In this document: positions 14,068 through 25,060 of the stretch, one piece after another
How the letters are laid out: each line of letters starts with the position of its first letter
Numbering within the stretch: position 1 is the stretch's first letter
Translations under genes and position numbers: made by a program
Origin: Amoebidium appalachense
Taxonomy: Eukaryota > Protista > Ichthyosporea
Direction: 5' to 3'
DNA length: 64,000 nt
Assembly: GCA_963693365.1 (NCBI GenBank)
Contig: CAVNZM010000011.1
Coordinates: forward strand, 7,025,921-7,089,920
The notes under the pieces: generated by a model
What the model was told of the DNA's origin: nothing
Databases searched by the model: none
What the model saw: the letters and a program-made list of their open reading frames with translations, nothing else

Positions 14068-14215
14068 AATAGTACCCCCCACATGCCAGCATAATAGTAC
14101 CCCCACATGCCAGCATAATAGTACCCCCCACATGCCAGCATAATAGTACCCCCACATGCCAGCATAATAGTACTCCTGCTTGCCAGCATAACAATACCCC
14201 TGCATGCCAACATAT
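14068..14215. repeat. Minisatellite, about 6 copies of a 24-25 bp unit (ATAGTACCCCCACATGCCAGCATA)
   Basis: Directly visible tandem units, degenerate at the 3' side. Confidence 0.85.
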
Positions 14216-14520
14216 ACAAAATGAATGAATATCAGTGGGAACACAAACAGCTGGGTGTTGTGTTTCTGCTTATTTTGGAAGAATGATATACTTGCCAGAC
14301 AGGTTAAAGTAAAGGGAAATAAAGTGTCCGAGGCGAAAAAAAAAACGGGGTTATACAGGCGTGTGTTGTGGGATGATAGGCACAGAAAACAGATTGTGAA
14401 CATGAAAAGTAGACAATGAAAACGAAGCTTTCAAAGGGAAAGGATAAAAGTAACAAGTGCAAGACTAAAGGGTCACTGAGATTACGGATAAAATGATGTC
14501 TGTGCGTGTGCGTGTCACGT

Positions 14521-14633
<113 letters not shown>

Positions 14634-14941
14634 ACGCGCGTGTGTGCGTGCCCGTGCGCTCGCATGAGTGGCTGGATGAGTCATGTAGTAAGTATGTGTG
14701 TGGTGTGAGTGTGTGGGTGGGTGGTGTTAGGTGGCGATGGTAGTAGTGTATGTGTATGTGTTTGTTTGGCGGGGGGAGAGGGAGGGGGAAGAGGGGGGGG
14801 AGGGGGGGGGGGAGTTGTCTACCAGAACCTATGGGACACAAAACACAAACACGTGATCGTCCACACACACTCCCTTGCACTGGTCTACCCACCCACCCAC
14901 CCACCCACCCACCCACCCACAAACCCACCTACCCAACTCAC

Positions 14942-15225
14942 CCAATAATGTCGCACGCTTTTCCACAAGAGACCGAAGGACAGGTTTGCTCCAGGGGGCC
15001 TTCTGTGTCATGCTCTGGTAAAACCCATGGGCTTCAATACTGTCCGCATCCAGGGTTAGAAAACTCTGCAGCTATTTGGCGGCCTGCCTGATCTCCTCTG
15101 TCTTGAAACCCTGGAAAAGTTAAAGAAGTGGATCTTAATGTCTCGAAAAACAGCAGTGTCATGCATCATACAACGTGCAGTGCAGAAAACCAGGCAAGGT
15201 GGTGAAGGTGGTGGTCGTGGTGGTG

Positions 15226-15264
<39 letters not shown>

Positions 15265-15366
15265 GTGTTACAAAATATGTAAGTATGTAATTTGTGAGAG
15301 CTGAGGTTGTTCTTGAATGCCAGATGGACGGAAACAGGTTTCTGCAGTGCATCCGTACCGCATCGG

Positions 15367-15400
<34 letters not shown>

Positions 15401-15446
15401 AGGAAGCGAGTGAAAAGGGGGGGAGGGAAGGGAGGAAATGGGATCG

Positions 15447-15513
<67 letters not shown>

Positions 15514-15534
15514 GAGGGAGGGAGGGAGAGAGCT

Positions 15535-15568
<34 letters not shown>

Positions 15569-15592
15569 GAGAGAGAGAGAGAGAGAGAGAGA

Positions 15593-15627
<35 letters not shown>

Positions 15628-15890
15628 GTGCGTGCGTGTATCTGTGTGGGAGAGGGGGGGCTTACAGCAATGTTGTTGGTTGATAAGCGAGCTAGCAACA
15701 GATGACCAACATCGCGAGCACCTTGATCTTCGATCTTGTTGATCGCATCATACAATATAGAAATCTTTCTGTCGATTGATATTTTGTCTTTTAAAGGGTG
15801 AATTTCGGACGTGCGGATGACTTCGACCCCCATAGCCTCATCCAAAACCATGGCCCAGTTTCCACCCAATATTTTGGCAGCATTTGCCAG
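14942..15890 (-). pseudogene. Minus-strand spliced gene remnant with an in-frame stop
   Basis: Exon-like blocks ~15890-15666 (…DEAMGVEVIRTSEIHPLKDKISIDRKISILYDAINKIEDQG…, donor GTAAG) and 15110-14942 (CCAG|GFKTEEIRQAAK*LQSFLTLDADSIEAHGFYQSMTQKAPWSKPVLRSLVEKRATLL|GTGAG) with TAG at 15072-15074. The intervening DNA is C/CA-rich on the minus strand, like host introns. Confidence 0.45.
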
Positions 15891-16035
15891 TGAAACCCAG
15901 CACACACACACACTCACTTCCCCACCCACACATACAAAAAAACACACACACACCAAAAGCCCCTCCCATCCCCCCCCCCCCCCCCCCCCCCCCCCTCCAA
16001 AAAACTGTCAAATGCCTCCATGCCCACCAACACAG

Positions 16036-16302
16036 ATGTTCCAGGTTGCCCCTGTCAATGCCGCCGACCCCGACAAGTTGGCAGACCAGGTTAGGTACCG
16101 CAAGAAGACGTAAGAGGGGTGAATGGTGGAGGTTGAGTGCAACAACCATCCCTGTGGCCGCAAGTACAGCGTCGATCCGGTGACGGGCAACCCATGGGGC
16201 AACCCTGCCCTTCACCACATCATGTGCATGTCCCCCATCAACGGCGCTCCTACATCAAGAACCGCCTCAGCAGCTTCAAGACACTAAACGTTTGTGCCCA
16301 TT

Positions 16303-16336
<34 letters not shown>

Positions 16337-16977
16337 CACACACACGCACACACACCACACCCCAATCAAAGACGAAATCTTCTCATGCTGCATTTTTTAA
16401 CATGCTTATTCATGTTTAATGTTGTTGTTCTTCCTTATTGGTTCATTCTTAATGCACTGTGACCCCCCCCCCCCTCCCCCCCCCCCCCCCCCCCCCCCCA
16501 CACACACACTCACTCCCACTCCCTCCCTCCCACCTCCCCCTGTTGTCCCACGTACGGATCACCAACACATAACCACACAAGACATCAAATCCTTATCACT
16601 CAGAGAAACGGTACATGCATGGTTATCCAGTATCCATTCAGCTTCTTACTTCCTCAAGTCATTTCAGATTTTTCATTGTCGAATTCGGTTTTATTTGCTG
16701 CTAATGGAGAATACCCCCTCTCCTCATCACCACATACACACACATGCTTACGTGTACGGTACACGCAACACACACACCAACACCCACACAGGAGTTTCAA
16801 AAGGCGTTGCCCGAGCTCTTCAGCTTCATGCTCCACACATTTGAGTGCGGACTGCGGGATCCAATGGCCCACAAGTCTGCCACTCAGATTTCGTGGTCAG
16901 CTGTGAAGTATGGAGCTGACATGCCTGACTACGAGGGTGGTGCTCGGCCATCAGAGATCAGCAAGGTAAACAACTAT

Positions 16978-17013
<36 letters not shown>

Positions 17014-17826
17014 ATCATTGTGTTTTAGCCCCCGTCCGAAAGACAACGTATGGATATCGAAATGATGATATTGATAAGTCGTATGTATGGGTTACGTATC
17101 ATCGTAGTGTTTTAAGGATACCTCCTAAGCATGGGCAAGTATCATCCTATCATGTCATCTTTAGGTTTGGTATGGTAACATTGTGATAGCATTTTTCCCA
17201 GGTACATACATGCTCAGGCTAGCCAGAAAAGTTAAAAACACACACAATCTCCTTCTGTCCCAACCCAGTATGCAAAGACCTGGGAGAAGATCTGCAAGGC
17301 CCGGGAGAAGGCAGTCCTCAGCCTGTCAGCTGATGAGCAAGACGAGAAGGGAGACGACAAGCCCTCCACGAAGCAGTCCACGGCAAAAGACGACACCGGC
17401 GAGGTTTCTGATGACACTGGCATGGCGGCTGACGAGATGGAGAACTCTGGCTCCAAGAAGCGGCCCAAGTCAGACGACGACTTGTCGGATGCCAGTGCCA
17501 GGCGCCCCATGAAGAAGGGTAAAAAGGCCCAGCCTGAGGGTGTGGCGTCTAGCGTTGTGGGTGGTGATGTGCGTGGGTCACCTGTGTCTCGTGATAGTGC
17601 GGGTGGTTCTGATGAGCAGGAGGGTGTTGCGCAAGCAGGGGGGGATGACAAGCTTTGGGAGAAGTTGGCCAAGATTAGGGGAGGTAAAGAGGTGGTGGAT
17701 GGCGATGTTAGTAGTGGCGGGGGGAAACGTGCGAGGGAAGTGAGTGATGAGAGTGGGGATGAGAAGGGTGAAGGTGGGGTTAAAAAGCAGAAAGGCTATG
17801 TGGGTGGGAGGGTTGAGGATGATTAG
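16036..17826 (+). pseudogene. Plus-strand spliced gene remnant with a charged, NLS-like C-terminus
   Basis: Exon 16792-16965 (EFQKALPELFSFMLHTFECGLRD…SEISK|GTAAAC) joins in phase 0 to terminal exon 17269-17826 (YAKTWEKICKAREK…SKKRPKS…KKQKG…*). The upstream block ~16036-16289 is coding-like but has stops and a frameshift. Confidence 0.5.
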
Positions 17827-18230
17827 AATTGAGGAGTAATAGGGAAAGATCCCCCCCCCCCCCCCCCCCCCCCCCCCGGAGAAAAAAAAAAAAGAATTAA
17901 TACTTGGTTTTTGTCTCTTTTGGTGTAGTCCCCGCCTCTGCAGGGGGGAGATAGGGGGGAGATGTAGACTTCGTATTTTATTTGTGTGGTGATGTTTGTT
18001 TTGTTTGTTTGTTTGTTAGTTTGTTTAGTTTGTTCGGTGAAGGCTGGACTCCTGTGGAGTCTAACAGTCTGAGAGTGAAATGGTCTCTACTCCTGTGGAG
18101 TGAGACTTAGAAAAATTTTAACATGAACACCTTGTGCGGTCTCTGCTCCAGTGGAGCGAGACATAAAGGAACAACAGTCTTTATGGTTTCTCGTGTACAA
18201 ATTGTGAAATAAGTTAGAAAGGTAAGAAGG

Positions 18231-18261
<31 letters not shown>

Positions 18262-18309
18262 GTGTCGAACACGATAGCCATCCGGTATGCCCTGCGTTAG
18301 CGTAGCACT

Positions 18310-18657
18310 AGTGATCGGGAATATTCGAGATATTCGGGATAAACTGGTGGATAGGTTCACGATAGATCAGGATAGATCTAGAGGAGTCTAGAAGATTCTA
18401 TTGGAATGTTTTGATTGGTAGCGATTAGATCCATAGCGGCGGGTAGACCAATCGGGAATAGTATGTAACATTCCAGTGAGCCAGACCACAAGTATATAAA
18501 GGTCCCGGGCCGCCAGGAGCTACTACTAGAGAGAAGGGGGGGGTATGATTGGAGGGGGGGGTGTTCAGCTAACCTTATATGGATAAAGCAAAGTTACAAG
18601 GATTCAAGCCATTGGTTGGGCAAGACCCCTTTTGCCGAATATGGATAACAGATCATA
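18310..18657 (+). mobile_element. Solo-LTR-like insertion (~350 bp) upstream of the transposase gene
   Basis: Near-terminal inverted TGATC…GATCA, a flanking CACT direct repeat, and internal ATTGG/CCAAT boxes with a TATATAAA box (~18493). No microsatellites. Confidence 0.4.
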
Positions 18658-18817
18658 CACTGCTGTAGGCGGCGGTCAGGAATTGGCGCGCTCTTTACTG
18701 GTCACAACCAGTCCGGGAAGGCCATGAGCAGCATTGCCGAGCACACTGGAATACGGGAATGTTTGCGGTAACGTAGTCGCACTAGGGGGGCAGGGGGCCA
18801 GGCCCCAAGTGTTTAAA

Positions 18818-20323
18818 ATGAAGCCAGGCTGCCCTAAGGGCACAACACAGCGCCCTGGGCATAAAACAGGCGGAGCTAGGGAGGGAGCTGGGCGCAAAAA
18901 AAAAGATGCTGCATTTGTTCAGCCTTTAGCGAACTTTGCAGGTTTTGGGACGGCAAACAAAGCTGTTTTGCAGGAACTAAACGTAAACGTACAACCCGAA
19001 CAGCCCCCTCTATCTAAGGCCGCCGACATAAGGGCCCGTGTAGTTGAGGCAGGTAGCGTCCATTCGTTACCAAGAGAAATGGATCGGGCCCCCTGCTCCA
19101 CACCCACCAGACATACAGGTGCAACCCGACGAGGAACCTTTGCTAAATGCAGCAGCAGATGCGTACCGGGTAGACGAGGATGAAGGGGAGGAAGAGGGAG
19201 AAGATAATACGGACGGGGATGACGGTGGAGAGGAGTTTTCTGACGCGGCGGGCGAAACAATCAAGTCGCACCTGCACACAGTGAAAGAGAGTCTCAAAGA
19301 TGAGAAGACGCCTGTGGGGTGGCATCTTCCACCTCCCATTATAGGCTTTAATTTTGGGGGCGATCCAGCGCCTTTCTACAAACCCAGATGTTTTGCCTGG
19401 CTTCCGGAAAGGTTGTCTCCCGGTTTCATGGTGCCGTGCCCCTTCGATGATCACTACGTGGACCCCCACAACCACCCCAACCCACACCGTACTTCTCGCA
19501 ATGGGTTCATGAGCAACCCCGTAGGACGGCGTGTTATCGACTTTGACAGCTGCTACTACATTATCACGGCCCGGTACTTTTGTGACACATGCAAAAAAAA
19601 CTTTGCCGGCACAAACCCCCAGACAATTAAACGCCTTCCACTCTTCATGCGTGATCAGTTTCCGGCCTACCTTAGCCACCGCAGTGGGCTCGACCTAAAG
19701 GTGGTAACATTGTTGCGTGCACTGGCAGACAAAGGTGTGGGCCCAAACGCCTTTGCCACCCTCCTCTCGGAGCTCCACAAGCAGCGATACGACGAGCAGC
19801 GGCTCCTGTATTACTCGAGGGCGCTGCATTGGACCAAGTATGAACTCAAAAAGCGTAACGATTTCCGCCCCCACGACCAGCGCCTGACAGAACTTCCCCC
19901 AGAGGAGCAGGCGGCTAAGTTCTCGGCGTTTGGTGACAAAAATGGTTACGCTGGACATGTGCCTTCAGGCAAGTGTGCACTGCATTTTGGGTGTGTAAAT
20001 GGTCCCCATTGTTTTGTATGCACGTGCTTGGGCATTTTTTGGGTTGGCTTGGTAGGGTTTTGTTTTATTATTTTTTATTTTTTTTTTAGGGGGGGGGGGG
20101 GACTTGGAAATGGGTTTTGGAAGTGTGGTCAATAAGTTTCTATTATGGTGGTGGTGGATGTGTGGTGGTGGATGTGCGCCTGTGAGTGTGCGTGTACTTG
20201 TGGGTCCGTGTGTGTGTGTGTGTGTGTGGGGAGGGGGGGGGGGGAGGGGGGAGGGGGGACATGGTGATGGATTAGGTGGTGGTGGTGGCAATCAGTCATG
20301 GTGGTGGTGGTGGTGGTGGTGGT

Positions 20324-20367
<44 letters not shown>

Positions 20368-20516
20368 GGGCAGAGGGATCATCAGAGGGGTGAAAGCATA
20401 ACGGTCCATGTACCAGTGAGTGTGCTTGGGAAATCGTGGAGAACTGTTATGCCTGAAATTAGATGGTGGGTGTGCGCATGTGTGTCTGTGTGTGTTGGGG
20501 GAAAGGAGGTGGAGAG

Positions 20517-20550
<34 letters not shown>

Positions 20551-20739
20551 GGGGGGGCACATGGTGGTAGACTGGATCTTGGTGGCGGTACTTAATGGTT
20601 ATTATAGTAGTGGCAGGAGGGTGTGGGGGGAAGGGCAAACGGACGTGCAGGGGACAAACTGCAGATGGGGCACAAAGGGGAAAGAAGGTGAAAGTTGGTG
20701 CAATGACTTGGAGGGTTTGCGCGCGCCGGGAGGCGGGGG

Positions 20740-20779
<40 letters not shown>

Positions 20780-21468
20780 AACGGCCGGAGATGGGTGTGT
20801 AGCGTTTTTGAGATGGGAAAAGCCATACAGACTTACGAAAATACAGAGAGGTGAGATGAACACGAGGGACTAGAGGGAATGGGGGGGATGGTCCTGATGG
20901 GAGGGTGGTGGAGTTCTAACAGTACTTGGGGTTCAGGCAAATACCTGAGTGCCGTGTATACTGAGTTCAGCGACCGCACGGCAAAGTACCAGAGCCTGGA
21001 CACGCAGCTCAAGCCCGTAAACAACGTGCTCAAGGCCGACCACACCTTCCAAATTGGGAAGCTCACCGGCATCAATGGGGAGCCTCTGTACCGAGGCCTA
21101 TGGACTTGTGTAAACGAGCTTGGCGGTGTGTGGTCCCTCCTCTTCTCCCCCCTCCCCCCACTCTCCCCCAGGCCCCCTTCCCCCCTCCCCCCCCCCCCCA
21201 CACACGCCCACCCCCCCCCCCCCCACACACACACACACACACGCCCCCCCTCCCCCCCCCCCCCCTCCCCCCTCTAGGGCCTTTAAATCTCTTAGGCTCC
21301 ACATTTAATGAGGTGGCACACTGTGAGTAGAGGTTTGTAGTATGTGGGTTTTGGGGACAATTCTTGCCCTGTCGAGCAAAAACTAGGAAGCTCCAGATAT
21401 GTGTGTATGTGTTTTTGCTGGGTAGAGATTGGGGTGGGCTGGGGTGGAGCTTTCTTTTGGCGGGGAAT

Positions 21469-21552
<84 letters not shown>

Positions 21553-23050
21553 AGCTTCTGCCAAGCAGAATGGGAGTAGGGGCCAGTGATTGCAAGGGAT
21601 GCAGGGGGGGGGGGGGGGGGGGGGGGGGGAGACACCACCGTCGGGGTTGAAGGTAGAGAGGGCAAGAGGCCCGGGGTGGGGTGGGGGGGGGGGGGGGGGG
21701 GACAGTAGGTGCCATATGGAGGGCTGTCCCATGGTTTGGGGGGAGGGGGAGTGGGGAAGGATCGTGGGCACATGGGTTTGGGGGGAAGGCAGAGAGGGGG
21801 AAAGGATTGTGATCACAAGGGTTTAGGGGGAGGAAGGGGGAAGGATTGTAGGTACATGGGTTTAGGGGGGAGGGGGGGGGGGGAAGATTTTGGGGGAAAG
21901 GGAGGCCTGGGGAAAGTATGTGGGCACATGGGTTTGGGGGGAAGGAGGGGGAAGGGTTTTGGGGGAGAGGGAGGGGAAAGTATGTGGGCACATGGGTTTG
22001 GGGGGAGGGAGGGGGAAAGGATTGTGTGGGCACTGAAGTCTCGTGAAGGGCCATGTGGTAAGGGAAGCTAGAACATGCATGGCTGCTCGGAGATGCCCTC
22101 TCACACAGTGCGGCACCCCAGAGATCCGGGCGCAGGTATTTACACGGGACTGCAGCCACCAGGAGATTGAGCCCGTGATCCAGCGCATCTCTGCCACCAC
22201 GGCGGCGCTCAACAGCAAGGGCCCGGCCTTCTTCTACACAGATCGGTGCTGCCAAGACCGGGCGTTTGTTGAGCGCATGTTTCCAACCCTAGCCCGGCCA
22301 AAATGCCCCGTCCGTCTGAACGAGGCTGCGCTGGTAAGCGTGACGGACGGTCTGCCTGGGCTGGAGCTGCCGGCCAACTACCCTAAGCCGGTGTACACCG
22401 ACTGCCAGGGGGCGGTGGTGGCTACAGCGGCCATTCGTGCCGACCTGGAGGGGCAGCAGCACCGCGTGGTGGGGCTGGACTGCGAGTGGGTCTATCGGGT
22501 GGGCCAGGCGCGGTCCAAGGTTTGCACGCTGCAGATTGCCACCGCACGGGCCGTGTACATCTTCCACTTGGCACGCATGGGCCCCAACCACAGCCCGCCC
22601 GCGCGGCTGGTGGACGAGCTGATTGCGCTGCTTAGGGACCCCAGCATCATCAAGGTGGGCAAGCAGATCGGCACGGACTCGGCCCACCTCAACAAGGACT
22701 ACGGCACCCCTGTGGCCAGCTATCTGGAGCTGGGCCGGTTCTGCTATGCCCGTGCAGCTATCACCTCTGCGGCCCGGGGCTTGGCCGACATCACTGCCCA
22801 GGTCATAGGCAAGAAGCTGCCCAAGCCGGCACTTGTTCGATGCTCCAACTGGCACGAGCCGCTATCAGAGGTGCAGGCCACCTACGCTGCCCTTGATGCA
22901 TATGCGTCCCTGCAGGTCTACTCGGCCGTGGTCGATAGGCCAAACCTGTCAGGTGTGTATCCCACCTGCTTTTTGCCCCAGTGCTTATGTGCTTATGCCA
23001 GATATAGAAAGATTGTGGGCCCCCCAGAGGAGAGGGGAGGGGGAGGGGGG

Positions 23051-23081
<31 letters not shown>

Positions 23082-23173
23082 TGGCTGACCACATGGGCCA
23101 GTGTTCCAGTTGTGTTATGCTGGGTGTCGGGTGGCTATCAAAGGAGGGGGTGATTGGTGGTGGTGGTGGTGGT

Positions 23174-23205
<32 letters not shown>

Positions 23206-24252
23206 CTATAGCACTGTTAACACGTGCAAGTGCCACACAAGCTGGGCACTGGGAGAGGGGGGGGGGGGGAGGGAGAAGGGGGGGGGGGGGGGGGGGGGGA
23301 AGGGGGTTGCTAAGGAATATGCATTTGATTTTTGTGGAGCGAAGAGAAAAACGTTGGTGCTGTGGCTTTTTGGCTGAGTTTTTTGCTTCCCTCTATGACA
23401 TGCAGCGCGGCTTCATGCAAAGGCACTCGGTGAAGGGGTTGAGATTGTGCCCCGGCGGGGCCCACATGCTGCAGCAGCCACCGGGGTGGTGCTGGCTGTG
23501 CAGCCGGAGCGCTGGGGGGGCATGAAGGTGGGCAAGAAGCATGCAGTGGTGCGGGTGGATCAGGTGCTGTCGCCGGCCATGCAGGTGCCCTTTGGCCCCG
23601 ACAAGGGCAAGACCCTGGGAGAGCTGGGCCCGCCGCCCTTTGAGCTGATGGTGCACCTGCAGTGGCTACGGCCCATTCAGCCCCCACCGGACCCAGGTGC
23701 CGAGGTGCCGGTGGTCCCTGACCCAGCCCCTCCCCCTGCCAGTCCTCCCCCTGCCGAGCAGCAGCAACCCCTTGCCGGCCCACAGGCACCCCCCCAGGAC
23801 CCCCAGGCAGCCCCGGGGGGCCTTGAGGCAGCCCCAGGGGGACCCGAGGCAGCTCCCAGAGAGGGCATGTTGGGCCAGGCACCGCCTGGGGAGGTGGTGT
23901 GGCAGACTGTGCTGAATGACGCCTTCCACTCCATTGCAAACACGGCGGACGGCACGTACAAGTCACACCCCCGCAGGGCTGAGTACGCACGCGCACTCAG
24001 CGAGGCAATATTTGTGTGGAATGAAGAGGATTACGGACATGTGAAGGTGCCCCCCCCCCCTCCCCCCCCCCCCAAAATAAAAAATAAAAAATAAAAATAA
24101 AAAAAACGGCAACAACAACATGCGTGACTGACGCGCACACACACATACACTCGTTAGCACACACTCACCATTCCACCCACAACCATGCACACCTTCGACA
24201 AAACTTCTGAGGGAAGAGAGAGAGCCTGAGCCTCAGAGAGAGGGGGGGGGAA

Positions 24253-24295
<43 letters not shown>

Positions 24296-24870
24296 GGGGG
24301 GGGAGGAGAGTGGGGGTTATTCATATGCCTAGAGAGAAATAATGTAGGGTTGTGGGGGGAAATAGCCACATGCATTTTTTACTTGTGTTGGGGGAGAAGA
24401 TGGGGGGGGTGGAGGGGAGGGGTCCTACAATAACGGCAGGTATCAAAGTCTACCAAACCCAAATTGCAGTGTGCGTAGTAAATTAATATTGGCATCCTGC
24501 CTCACAGGGGGTGCTGGAGCAGAAGGGCATCGACATTGAAACCGAGCTCAAGGGCGGCGACCTGAGCTACTTCATGGAGCGCATCCGGCGGGTTATTCCC
24601 GACCCATACACGCTGGTCTCGCGGCTGGTGGAGTTCAAAAACACCTACAAGGATGTGCCGCCCGGACCGGATGGCAAGCCTCTGTTCAAGAAGGATGGCT
24701 TTGAAAGACTCGAGGCAACATCCCCCCCCCCCCCCCTCCCCCTGCAGGCGCCCAACAACTCCACCACCACAGAAAAGATTCTTCGCTTATTTGTCATCCT
24801 TGGTTCATCTGCACACACACGCACACCCTAGCCTCCCCCCCCCCCCCCCCTCCCCCCCCCCCCCAAACAT

Positions 24871-24938
<68 letters not shown>

Positions 24939-25010
24939 CCCGCACGGCCCTTGCTGCCTAGCCAGTTGTTTTTTGCCTTTCCCTGCTCGTTTTTTTCCTT
25001 AGCAACCCCA

Positions 25011-25060
<50 letters not shown>

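Noticed and set aside
18818-19110. Inactivating frameshift at the transposase N-terminus
   Set aside because: A 58-nt GT-AG intron (19053-19110) with a C-rich acceptor restores the frame exactly, so pseudogene status is not required. This is unconfirmed without RNA data.
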